Shown here piece after piece: positions 18,436 to 27,295 of a stretch of 54,683 nt of DNA. How positions within the stretch are numbered: the first letter of the stretch is position 1; each line of letters starts with the position of its first letter. The notes below the pieces were generated by a model. That model saw only the letters and a list, made by a program, of their open reading frames with translations. It did no database searches and was not told the origin of the DNA. The stretch spans positions 1 through 54,683 of the forward strand of contig CBEVQY010000018.1 of NCBI GenBank assembly GCA_965552135.1, read 5' to 3'. The translations under genes and the position numbers were made by a program. Source of the stretch: an uncultured bacterium. GTDB taxonomy: Bacteria; UBP14; UBA6098; B30-G16.

Positions 18436-21400
18436 TTATTTTCTCCTTGCCTTACTGATTCTTTCCCACACCAGTTGGCATACGGCTCGGTAGACTTCTT
18501 TTCGTTCTTCTTCGGTTAGTCCGAGGGCGTCGAACACGATATCGTCGAGTGCTTTGCGGTCGGGCAGTGGGTTGGGCTCCTGTTCGGAAATGGGAATGTC
18601 AGAAGCAGGGTCTATGCCGCATTCGGTGAAGATGTCATGCACTGGTCTGTCAAAAGGCACAAGCGAATTCTGATTCACCTTCGCAATGTAAACTTTACGA
18701 TACTCAATAGGGTCCACTTTTAACATGCCCCCACCTAGAGAAATACGTCCTACAAGCTCAAGAAAGAGCCATCCTACTGGATGATTAAGCGTAAAAAAGA
18801 TCGATGGTAAATATTGAGGTGAATATGGCCTTATTTCGGCGTAACTGTTACTTGTCACTGCTTTTGCCTTATTGACAGCGCACCATACTCTGGCGCCATA
18901 ACCACAAGGAGCTATTAAATCAGCAGGAGCTCGAACGGAAACGTACCACCATTTCTTTTTGGATCGTAAGGTGCGACTATTAGGTAAAACTTCCTTTTCT
19001 CCATATTTAACATACTCATGCACATTGTCCTTTCTCCAGCTCTCGTCCGAAGGGAGGGAAAGTAGGTAATGATCAATATGTTTGTCTTCTATTTTAAAAA
19101 AAGCTTTATTGCGAGTTTTCATTAGCGCAGGCAATAGATATTTTGTCTCTATCTGGAAATTTTTGGCTACCTCTTTCGGCACAAAGAAAAAGCTATTTGC
19201 GCCAGTAGGATGTCCTTCATTAACCTCCGCAATTTCCCCCAGCCGCACCAGCTTGCCCTTGCCCTTCTCGAGGATGGTGAAGAAGATGTCCGGTGCGCGC
19301 AGGTATTTCCCACCCCACTTGTCGCCAACATACCTGCCATAACCCCCCGAAGCTGGCTCCAAACCCTCCTCAAGCAGCTCACCCACACTAATAGGGAACG
19401 CGCGAAAGTCATCGCACTTGACGGTCTTCGAAGCGCTCTCAAAAGCGATAAAGTTCCCCGCGTTTATAACCTGCTCGAACGGCTTTTTGAAAGCCACAAA
19501 GCGAACAACGTGGTCCTTTGGAACCTCGCCCTCGCGAAGCGGCGCACCCGCAACGGTTATGATGGTGTTGATGTCCACGTGCGTGAACGACCGCCGAGCG
19601 CGGTTGTCAACAACCATATAAAGCGGAGCCTTCCTCAGGAAAAACTCCTGAAGCCAGGCGCCGTAAGCCACATCAAGCCACGCGTTGGAGCAGATGAAAA
19701 CGTGAACCCCCCGCTCGTTGAGCAGCCGCAGAGATCTTATGTAAAAGTAGGTGTAGAGGTCGGAGCGACCGGAGGGCTTCCTGTCCTTCCTGAACCTATC
19801 TACCTCCGCCCAGCTTTTGGCAAAATAGTCGGGGAAGTCCAGTCGAACCATCTCCATAAGCGCGTCCTTGTATTCCTTCGGCGACAGGCGCCCGCTGGGG
19901 TCGATGATCTCCTCCTGGCGCACGTATGGCGGGTTGCCGATGACGATATCGAACCCGCCGCGGTCGAAGAAAACATCCGCAAACTCTATGCCCCAAACAA
20001 ATGGACGCTCATCCCTCAGGTTGCGCTTTTGCTCCTCGAGGTCTTTGATCTCCGCCTCCAGGCGCTCGATGGATTGTCTGAGCTTCCCCTCCTGCCTGCG
20101 ACGACCCTCGCTGGGCGAATCCCCGTAAAGGTCCGGCGACGTTAAACACCGAAGCTCCTCCACAAGGCTTCTTATCCTCTTCCGCTTCTCGTCTATAATC
20201 GCGTCGAGTATGTCCCTGAAGAGCTGAATCTCCTCGTGCCCGATAAGCGTTGCGGCGTCGGGGACGCGGTTGTAGAAGAAATCGCGCTTCTTGCGCCTAA
20301 GCTGCGTTATCCTCTGCTTGATCCGGCGCGGAAGATGAGGATACCCGTGCACGGGGAAGACCTTGTTCCCTATCCGCTGGACGAGGGAGTCGCCCGTGCG
20401 CACCTTCAAGCTCAGGCTCGGCAAAAGCGGCACAAGGGAGTGGCGCAGATCATCCGGCATATCCACGAAAAGCGTCAGCCACAGGCGCAGCTGGTTGATC
20501 CACACAGCCCAGCGCTTCACCTCGGCGCCGTAGAGGGAGCGCTCTATGATGTTCCTCTTGCGCTCGAAGGGGGTGTCTTCGCTGCGCGGCGCGCCTTCGC
20601 GGGAGTAAAGGTCCTCGAGCGTGCGGTCTAAAACCTGGAGCATCCCCACCAGAAAGGCGCCCGAACCCGCGGCAGGATCGCATACAGTAACGTCGTTAAG
20701 CCGCTCTATGAGCGTGCGAACCTCGTCGGCCGAAAGCTCTACGCTCCGGTCGCCATCCAGAGGCTCGTGTATCGCCTCGAAGAAAAGCCTGTAGAGCTTC
20801 TCCTGGTCTATCGACGTGTTCAAAGACAGCCACTTGACGAGAGCCAGGCGGCACATAAGGTCGACCTCGACGCGGGGAGTGTAGACCGCGCCCTGCTCCA
20901 TGTTCGTCAGCCGCTCGAAGATGATCCCCAAAAACTCAGGGTTGAGCTCAAGCTCCTCGTCGTAAAGCTCGTTCTCCTCAACGGTGAAGTTGTACTGGAA
21001 GAGGAAGTCGAAGAAATCGCCGATGAGGTGGTCGGGGATATACAAACCAAGGTCGTCTATCCCGCGCTTCCGCTTGAAGAGCTCGCCGTTGAGGTACGGG
21101 GCGTTCTGAAGGATTCTTTGTGTCCTCTCCGAAAACGGCGCAGAACCGTAGGCAACCTTCCTCCCCGAAGGTGAACTGAGCGCCTCGAAGAACACAGGCT
21201 CGAGCCAGTCCAGATAAAAGCGATCTCCTGCCGCTTTTTCCTTCGCCCTCCAGCTCTTGTACTCCAGCCAAAGGTTTTGCAGAAAGCGCTGATCCTCGCC
21301 CAACCAGCCTTTCTTCTGGACGAATCCCAGAAAGATCGTCCGGATCACAAAGAGGAGGGCGAAGTCCTGCCTGAGGGCAGGGTCCTTTGTGCCCAAAACG

Positions 21401-21975
21401 CCCTGGGCGATCGCATCGAATTTGGGTTTGAACTCCTTATAGAACTCGTCGGAAACCGCCTCCAGCGAAAACGTCTCCAGAATCCCGTGCATGGATGAGA
21501 AATCGGCTTTGCGGAGCTGCTGCAGGAACGTTTTGTTAGGCAGCTCCGGATCCACGAAGAATGTATGGCGCCGGAAGGTGCTGAAGCGGCGGCGGGTTCC
21601 GTGATACGTAACGGTGACCAGCGACAGACGAAATCGCCCCGCGCCGTCGTAAAAGGCGAAGATCCCCGCGTTGTGATTGCCCGCCTTAAGGACGCGTTTG
21701 GCGAAATCATACTGCCTGCGCCTGCTCGAACGGAACGTGAGCTCCTTGGGCACGTGCACACATGCGACCAGAACGCTTTTTACCTCCGGCAGCTCGATGC
21801 GACCAAGCTGCTCGGCGCGATCGAACGGAAGCCCTTCTAAAAAGTCGTCGAGCGAGCCCTCACATCTCCGGAAGCCAGGGGCTATGCGGCGCAGCAGACC
21901 AACAAACCTTTCGGTCGAAAAGTTCTGGGCGAGGCGCCGGGCAAGCTCCAGGTTGTCCAAATAACCCGTGGTCAT
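18436..21975 (-). CDS. Type IIG/Eco57I-like N6-adenine DNA methyltransferase with C-terminal target-recognition domain
   Basis: YLNGELF, GAVYTP, motif I DPAAGSGAF, motif IV FDIVIGNPPYVRQE, DLYTYF, FICSNAWLD..YG, KWGGKYLRAP. Confidence 0.92.
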   Translation of the reverse strand: MTTGYLDNLELARRLAQNFSTERFVGLLRRIAPGFRRCEGSLDDFLEGLPFDRAEQLGRIELPEVKSVLVACVHVPKELTFRSSRRRQYDFAKRVLKAGNHNAGIFAFYDGAGRFRLSLVTVTYHGTRRRFSTFRRHTFFVDPELPNKTFLQQLRKADFSSMHGILETFSLEAVSDEFYKEFKPKFDAIAQGVLGTKDPALRQDFALLFVIRTIFLGFVQKKGWLGEDQRFLQNLWLEYKSWRAKEKAAGDRFYLDWLEPVFFEALSSPSGRKVAYGSAPFSERTQRILQNAPYLNGELFKRKRGIDDLGLYIPDHLIGDFFDFLFQYNFTVEENELYDEELELNPEFLGIIFERLTNMEQGAVYTPRVEVDLMCRLALVKWLSLNTSIDQEKLYRLFFEAIHEPLDGDRSVELSADEVRTLIERLNDVTVCDPAAGSGAFLVGMLQVLDRTLEDLYSREGAPRSEDTPFERKRNIIERSLYGAEVKRWAVWINQLRLWLTLFVDMPDDLRHSLVPLLPSLSLKVRTGDSLVQRIGNKVFPVHGYPHLPRRIKQRITQLRRKKRDFFYNRVPDAATLIGHEEIQLFRDILDAIIDEKRKRIRSLVEELRCLTSPDLYGDSPSEGRRRQEGKLRQSIERLEAEIKDLEEQKRNLRDERPFVWGIEFADVFFDRGGFDIVIGNPPYVRQEEIIDPSGRLSPKEYKDALMEMVRLDFPDYFAKSWAEVDRFRKDRKPSGRSDLYTYFYIRSLRLLNERGVHVFICSNAWLDVAYGAWLQEFFLRKAPLYMVVDNRARRSFTHVDINTIITVAGAPLREGEVPKDHVVRFVAFKKPFEQVINAGNFIAFESASKTVKCDDFRAFPISVGELLEEGLEPASGGYGRYVGDKWGGKYLRAPDIFFTILEKGKGKLVRLGEIAEVNEGHPTGANSFFFVPKEVAKNFQIETKYLLPALMKTRNKAFFKIEDKHIDHYLLSLPSDESWRKDNVHEYVKYGEKEVLPNSRTLRSKKKWWYVSVRAPADLIAPCGYGARVWCAVNKAKAVTSNSYAEIRPYSPQYLPSIFFTLNHPVGWLFLELVGRISLGGGMLKVDPIEYRKVYIAKVNQNSLVPFDRPVHDIFTECGIDPASDIPISEQEPNPLPDRKALDDIVFDALGLTEEERKEVYRAVCQLVWERISKARRK

Positions 21976-22170
21976 CGGTATCCCTGCCCGAAGTGTCTCC
22001 TGGACTAATGAAACGGGCGCTGAAAGACCGTGTCAAGGAAGTTTCTTCCAATGGTTAAGCCGCGGGGCGCTTGAGGGGAGGTTGCCCATAAGCGGGGGTG
22101 TGGATCTCGCCGCCGGAGATTACGGCGCTTCCTCCGCGCAGGGCACAAGCGCCCAAATGCGCTTGAGCAT

Positions 22171-22292
22171 ACAGCATCGCCGCCGTAGGGAACAAGAAGG
22201 GGCTCAGGCTTCTTCTTCGGCGGCGCTATAACCCCAGCGATGATGATAGGAGGCTTTGGGTTCTCAAGTAAGACAGAGTTTGCGGGGTGAGA
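22171..22292 (+). pseudogene. Diverged, frameshifted duplicate of the pmbA-like 3' end (direct repeat copy 2)
   Basis: Encodes SGFFFGGAITPAMMIGGFGFSSKTEFAG* versus SGFFFGGAIAPAMMIEGFEFSSKTEFGG* in the intact gene. Net 5-nt deletion upstream and no start codon. Confidence 0.85.
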
Positions 22293-22684
22293 AGTGCAGT
22301 CTGTGCCCTGAGAAACAAGAATATGCGGAAGAGCCAATTAGCTGCGCTCCTGCCCGTGATACAACTAAGAAAAGCTTATAAGGGCGAGCAATGGATTTCA
22401 TACCGCCCCCTACAGATTATTCGTCAGTGATTGGGATATCTACGTAAACTCGAACGGGACTTAATAAGGGTGAAAAATCGCTCCTTAAGAAAAACATTGC
22501 GAATATCCCGCACAGACGGATGACAAATGAGGGAAGAGAAGCTGGTTTGAAGGGATTAAACTTTTTATAAAATTGCTTTTCAAGGACTTTTTGCTTTTCG
22601 TAGAGAAAAAGTTTTTCTGAACCTCCTTTCCCCAAATGCGGCAGGATGGGTGCATTTACGAAAAGAGACAGGTCTCGTTCTGCC

Positions 22685-25600
22685 TTATCTTATAAGCACA
22701 GCGCACCGAGTGAGTATCTCGTCATCTGCTTTCAGACGAATAAAGTAGATTCCGCTAGGTATATCATCTGGTGGTGTCCAGGTTATAGTATATGTGCCCG
22801 CAAGTTTGCGCTCGTTAACAAGGGTTGCGACCGAATGACCAGTTATATCGTAGATTTCGATTGAGACATTGGATGTGAAGGATAAGTCATAGTTGATTAA
22901 GAGCGAGGAATTAAATGGATTCGGCATAATATTTAGTGCCAAAAGAACTGGGAGATTGTTATCATGTACTGAGGATGTCGTGAATATTGTATCTTCATAT
23001 ATTCCATCAGCGTTTGCATCGCAGGCAATGTATCCGTCCCAAATATTTACACCTCTAAATACATTGATAATTTGCTGCTCACCAGGGATAAGCGAAATAC
23101 TGTCAGGGAACAGTACAGTATCTTGAGTTGACAATGGATCACTGTAGTCTGTCAATATACCCTGAAAATCATATAAAATGGTGTCCCCTCCAATTTTGCT
23201 AATTACAACTTTCATCTTACTTGAGTCGGCTATTTGAATATCGGTAAATAATGTTCCAGAAAATTCAGGAATGCTAATTTTATAGATACCTTCGTTTTTG
23301 TAGGTTGTATCAAGAAGAGCTGCAATGCTTAAACTCACTTCTCTATTTTCAGTTGAACTGATCATAGAACTTCCATCCACATATACGTTAATAGTAATTG
23401 TGTCATTATATTCGAGATCAGGAAAGTTCATTGCGTAAAGCTGTTCTGTTGTGGTTATTAGGAATTTTGCACCAATAATGCTATCTCCTATAAGTTGGAC
23501 AAAATAGTTGCCTGCGGAAAGTTGTATAGCCCAATTAGGTATAGATGGACCTCCGAGAGTATCTGATGGAACAAGAATGACAAGTTGTTCACCAGTATTA
23601 TAAAATGTATCGATGGAAAAATATGAAGAATCGCCTGTTGATAGATTTTTAACGGATATGGATCTAACGCCTTGTCCAAAGCCTGCAAACGCAAGATCTT
23701 TGTCCTCATCAGCGGAGTAGAAGTCCATTCTTGGTGGTTGGGCAAAGGGACGGGATGGCATTAACTGTATTAAATCTATACTTTGAGTTGAAGGCTCATA
23801 ATGTTCTCTATGATAAACTATTTCTCCTGTGCTCGTATTCACCTCAAAGTAAAAATCGTCGTGAGCTGACCAATTATCATAGCAATAAATTCTATATTCA
23901 TCGGTGGAAATCGTATCTAATTTGTATGGTGTGACCGAGTGTCCTCCCCAACCCCAGACAAAAAAGCATAAATTCTGTAAATCATTCACCATATTGTTTT
24001 CAATATCATTTATCAATGCTGATGCCTCTGACGGAACAGGACGATAATGATGAATGTATAAATCAGGAACTGTTCCACCACTGAGATATGTCGAATAATA
24101 TGGCTGTCTTATCTGTTCGGCATTTATTAAACGCCTGATGTCATCGGACAGCGGGATAAATATTGAACTTTCAACTCCCCAATCCGATATATCATAAGGG
24201 AAAGTACTGCCGAAAAGATGAAGGCTTACAGAAGTAAATCCAAAACAAGAACCACCCCAATGCCCTTTCATAATATTCCAAAACTCCAAAGCAGCAGGTC
24301 GTGGATTTCCATATGGATCTAAAACCTGAGCCTCTCCATAGGCTATGACAAATGTCTCCCAATCAGGAAATGGGTAGAACGGAGTACCATCATCATAGGG
24401 CCAAACCACGCCTCCACAATTGCAGAAATTGAATCCATCAACATCACGCCTAAAATAATATGTTGAAGCACTAGAATAATGAAAATCGCTCATCCCGGCA
24501 GTCGCGCACCAGCTTGATATCCGATATGTGTACTCAGTAGCATAGGCAAGGCTATTATCTGTGTATCCTGTTATGCTCCCATCAAGGCGAGCAAGCAGAA
24601 TAGTATCCTCATTGTATATCCGCCAAAGAAAAACACTGTCGGGGTTGCCAATTCCAGAGTACGCCCACGATAGGTCAATTTCATGAGATGAAATCGGGGT
24701 CGCCTCAAATTCCGAAATTGCCGGACAGGATGAATCGGGCAAGACTATGACGGTAAGTAAACAGGTATCACATGTGCCATAACAATTGCTGCAGACTTCA
24801 AATTTGAATTGAAAGCTTCCCGTATCATACAATTCAGGAGTAAGATGAAAAGAAACATAAACAACAATAGGGTCGTCCAAAAAGCCATAATATATGCTAT
24901 CATTCCACCATGAATAAAGGGGTTCTGGGTAATCCAGCAATACATAAAACAGACTATCTGCAAAGCTGCAGGAATCGAGATATTCTCCCCAGAGATGTCC
25001 TACATAGTTGATTGTTGTGTCTGAGCCAGATGTTATGTATATAGTATCACATAATGTTGTGTCATCTAAATAGTGGCAAATTTTGGGGTAGTTTCTATTC
25101 ATAGCGATATAGAATAGAAGTGTATCACAAAATTCTGTATCGCACACAACAAATTCAAAATTACCTGTATTATCGCCGCAGTTAGGTTGGAAGCGGAACT
25201 TTGCTTCGTAGGAATAGTAGTAGTAATAGTAGTAGGTATCGATGTCTATAGCAAACCAATCTTCATATCCTTCTGGGGCTTCTACGAAACAAAGATGTAG
25301 CGAATCATTGTCATGATCGTAGAATCCTATTAAAATTGAATCTATATAGCCGCAGTTAATTTCAATCGTGTCGTTCAAAAGCGTATCTTCTAACCATATC
25401 ACCGGCGGGTGATTGATTGTGTCGGGGAGAACAACTACAACAAATTCACAGGTATCACAAAGTTCAAAATCGCAAACGGAAAATACAAAATTGTATGTGC
25501 CGGTATCCTCCGATGTCGGATAACACCCTATCTCTCCCCAATAATACCCATGTTCAAACTCGTTAGTATCACTCCACCAGGTCCCATGCCAATCGTCATA

Positions 25601-26500
25601 GGGTTCCGGATGCTCAACCCAGGAGAAATATAAAGTATCGTCATCAATATCATCCGCCTCAAATACAAACCAATATTCTTCCTCATTCGCCATCACATAA
25701 ACAGTATCCTCGGGACAGCCTGATATTTCGGGGGGGTGATTTTCCGGGGAGAGCACTCTAACCCAAAAGCCGCAGGTATCGCAGGAACCGGATGCGCTAT
25801 CGCACGCTTCAAAGGCAAAATGATACAATCCGGTGTCGGAAATGCTCGGATAGAAAGCAAATCTAATGCTTCCAGACCCACCGAAACCCCAATAATACGT
25901 GCTTTCAGCTCCCCAATGGGAATAACTTTCTGGATATTCAAAAACATTGCAGAATATTTCGTCTCCATCCGGGTCGTAGAAATCGATAGCTAACCATGTT
26001 GAAAAACCACCGATTATGATCTCCAATGTTTCATCAGGGCAGTTTATTATTTCAGGAGGATGATTTGTGTGCTTAAAGTAGAAATAACCTGTTATAGCCT
26101 GACAATATACAACAAATGGCTCCCAACCTGCCGGATGAATTATTATTATCAACCTTGAGCTATCTAGAGTCGTAGGCGTTTCCCATGACAATGTTTCTGC
26201 ATATGGATTTGTTTCACATATACCAGTAAAATAAGTTTCTGATCCAATCGCACTATCAAGATACGCAACATATGCTTCTAATTCGACAGTATCAGGTATA
26301 CCAGTATCGTCGAATTCCCACCGTATAAGTATTTCACTACCCGCTTCTATCGTATCCCCCGTAACTGGATTTAGTATGACAACAGAAGACATCGAGGATG
26401 TTGGTGTCTCAATTTCTCCTATGTCGATACTGGAGATACAGAAATCTGCAGAAGTGATGCCAATAGACGTGATGATAAACACAATAAATAATTTATCCAT
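22685..26500 (-). CDS. Large secreted multidomain protein (Ig/cadherin-like repeats, FN3, putative Cys-His-Asp domain, T9SS-like CTD)
   Basis: Signal peptide. Repeats starting NHPPEI/NHPPEI/NHPPVI/NYPKI, each with a C-(x)n-CDT hairpin. FN3 (SSHEIDLSW...YTYRI). CTD PNPFN...IYDITG..VATLV...SGIYFIRL. Confidence 0.8.
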   Translation of the reverse strand: MDKLFIVFIITSIGITSADFCISSIDIGEIETPTSSMSSVVILNPVTGDTIEAGSEILIRWEFDDTGIPDTVELEAYVAYLDSAIGSETYFTGICETNPYAETLSWETPTTLDSSRLIIIIHPAGWEPFVVYCQAITGYFYFKHTNHPPEIINCPDETLEIIIGGFSTWLAIDFYDPDGDEIFCNVFEYPESYSHWGAESTYYWGFGGSGSIRFAFYPSISDTGLYHFAFEACDSASGSCDTCGFWVRVLSPENHPPEISGCPEDTVYVMANEEEYWFVFEADDIDDDTLYFSWVEHPEPYDDWHGTWWSDTNEFEHGYYWGEIGCYPTSEDTGTYNFVFSVCDFELCDTCEFVVVVLPDTINHPPVIWLEDTLLNDTIEINCGYIDSILIGFYDHDNDSLHLCFVEAPEGYEDWFAIDIDTYYYYYYYSYEAKFRFQPNCGDNTGNFEFVVCDTEFCDTLLFYIAMNRNYPKICHYLDDTTLCDTIYITSGSDTTINYVGHLWGEYLDSCSFADSLFYVLLDYPEPLYSWWNDSIYYGFLDDPIVVYVSFHLTPELYDTGSFQFKFEVCSNCYGTCDTCLLTVIVLPDSSCPAISEFEATPISSHEIDLSWAYSGIGNPDSVFLWRIYNEDTILLARLDGSITGYTDNSLAYATEYTYRISSWCATAGMSDFHYSSASTYYFRRDVDGFNFCNCGGVVWPYDDGTPFYPFPDWETFVIAYGEAQVLDPYGNPRPAALEFWNIMKGHWGGSCFGFTSVSLHLFGSTFPYDISDWGVESSIFIPLSDDIRRLINAEQIRQPYYSTYLSGGTVPDLYIHHYRPVPSEASALINDIENNMVNDLQNLCFFVWGWGGHSVTPYKLDTISTDEYRIYCYDNWSAHDDFYFEVNTSTGEIVYHREHYEPSTQSIDLIQLMPSRPFAQPPRMDFYSADEDKDLAFAGFGQGVRSISVKNLSTGDSSYFSIDTFYNTGEQLVILVPSDTLGGPSIPNWAIQLSAGNYFVQLIGDSIIGAKFLITTTEQLYAMNFPDLEYNDTITINVYVDGSSMISSTENREVSLSIAALLDTTYKNEGIYKISIPEFSGTLFTDIQIADSSKMKVVISKIGGDTILYDFQGILTDYSDPLSTQDTVLFPDSISLIPGEQQIINVFRGVNIWDGYIACDANADGIYEDTIFTTSSVHDNNLPVLLALNIMPNPFNSSLLINYDLSFTSNVSIEIYDITGHSVATLVNERKLAGTYTITWTPPDDIPSGIYFIRLKADDEILTRCAVLIR

Positions 26501-26912
26501 ATCTCCTCCTTGATGTAGGACAGAGTGCTTGGTTTCCCCAATATTCGTATACCTCTTTCAATTCCTTTTCATAAAATTCAAGCTCTTTTTCTTTATTTCC
26601 TTTAGTATTTATATCGAGTTTTTTCAAGCTTCTCGCCAATTCAAAAAAGCCATCCCCAGGGAGTTCATCATCTTTATGTACAACCACAGCTGAAAGCATA
26701 GGACGCCCATGCTCATGTTCATGTTTTGATATTTCGCCAAGCAACTCCCCAATGATTTTAATATGATGATTGCCTTCAATCTTTCTTATTCCTATTAGAA
26801 ACCCTACTTCAGAATAAGTCATTTTTTCCCTGATCATTGCTTTTTCGATTAAGCGAGTATAGACACGAAAATAACAATAAGTTCCTTCAAACTTTTGATG
26901 GCTGCTAGTCAT
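26493..26912 (-). CDS. Small hypothetical, probably DNA-binding, protein
   Basis: GAGG RBS; motif TYSEV...LGEIS..E...GRPMLSAVVV....PGDGFF. Overlaps the start of the downstream gene by 8 nt. Confidence 0.6.
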   Translation of the reverse strand: MTSSHQKFEGTYCYFRVYTRLIEKAMIREKMTYSEVGFLIGIRKIEGNHHIKIIGELLGEISKHEHEHGRPMLSAVVVHKDDELPGDGFFELARSLKKLDINTKGNKEKELEFYEKELKEVYEYWGNQALCPTSRRRYG

Positions 26913-26971
26913 CTTAACCTCCCTCTAAAATCACCTTATCCATAATGACACCCATAGTGAATCCATATACC

Positions 26972-27044
26972 CTCCGGCGGAGGGACTCGAACCCCCAACC
27001 CGCTGGTTAACAGCCAGCTGCTCTACCCGTTGAGCTACGCCGGA
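26972..27044 (-). tRNA. tRNA-Asn(GTT)
   Basis: TCCGGCG/CGCCGGA acceptor stem, anticodon loop CT-GTT-AA, GGTTCGAGTCC T-arm. CCA not encoded. Confidence 0.96.
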
Positions 27045-27054
27045 GTACACACTA

Positions 27055-27083
27055 AGGATAGCTTCGTCGCCTCCCCGTGTCAA
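27055..27083 (-). promoter_or_regulatory. Putative sigma70 promoter of tRNA-Asn
   Basis: TTGACA-17 nt-TATCCT on the minus strand. Confidence 0.6.
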
Positions 27084-27107
27084 GGTTTTTTTGAAGGAAT
27101 TTCCCTC

Positions 27108-27135
27108 TTGACTTGGAGCCCGCGAGGCGTATTAA
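27108..27135 (+). promoter_or_regulatory. Putative sigma70 promoter of tRNA-Ser
   Basis: TTGACT-16 nt-TATTAA. Confidence 0.5.
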
Positions 27136-27144
27136 AGTTTTTGA

Positions 27145-27228
27145 GGAGGGCTAGACCTAATTGGTAAGGCAGCGGACTTGAAATCCGCCGGGCGTAAGCC
27201 CTTCGGGGTTCGAGTCCCCGGCCCTCCG
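27145..27228 (+). tRNA. tRNA-Ser(TGA)
   Basis: GGAGGGC/GCCCTCC acceptor, GCGGA-CTTGAAA-TCCGC anticodon arm, long variable arm GGGC-GTAA-GCCC, G discriminator. CCA not encoded. Confidence 0.96.
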
Positions 27229-27239
27229 CTGGAACTGCC

Positions 27240-27268
27240 TTGACAACCGCGGACGGGCGCCTTACTTA
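27240..27268 (+). promoter_or_regulatory. Putative sigma70 promoter of the OmpA-GT4-hypB-GNAT operon
   Basis: TTGACA-17 nt-TACTTA. Confidence 0.45.
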
Positions 27269-27295
27269 AGATTTGATTCCCAAAGGCGGGCTTCG

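Larger units (their letters stand above)
22293..26971. mobile_element. AT-rich genomic islet abutting the tRNA-Asn 3' end
   Basis: Sharp visible drop in GC between the pmbA remnant and the tRNA-Asn 3' end. No integrase seen. Confidence 0.55.

Noticed and set aside
13294..21975. Calling the locus DISARM, BREX or type I/III R-M
   Set aside because: No drmA/drmB, pglZ/brxC or hsdS/hsdR-like genes are visible; only the MTase and the PLD-SNF2 fusion are present.
22110..22118. CCGCCGGAG resembling the tRNA-Asn 3' end as a possible att site
   Set aside because: Only 9 bp and inverted relative to the tRNA, so compatible with chance.
22417..22635. 72-aa minus-strand ORF and a nearby strong RBS-like AAGGAGG
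   Set aside because: No start codon follows the RBS and no motif is recognisable; at most a decayed remnant.
25212..25236. Run of seven Tyr codons as a phase-variable microsatellite
   Set aside because: Mixed TAC/TAT triplets keep the frame, so slippage would not switch expression.
27145..27228. Possible selenocysteine or suppressor tRNA
   Set aside because: The anticodon is TGA (reads UCA, Ser), not TCA, and the acceptor stem is a normal 7 bp.
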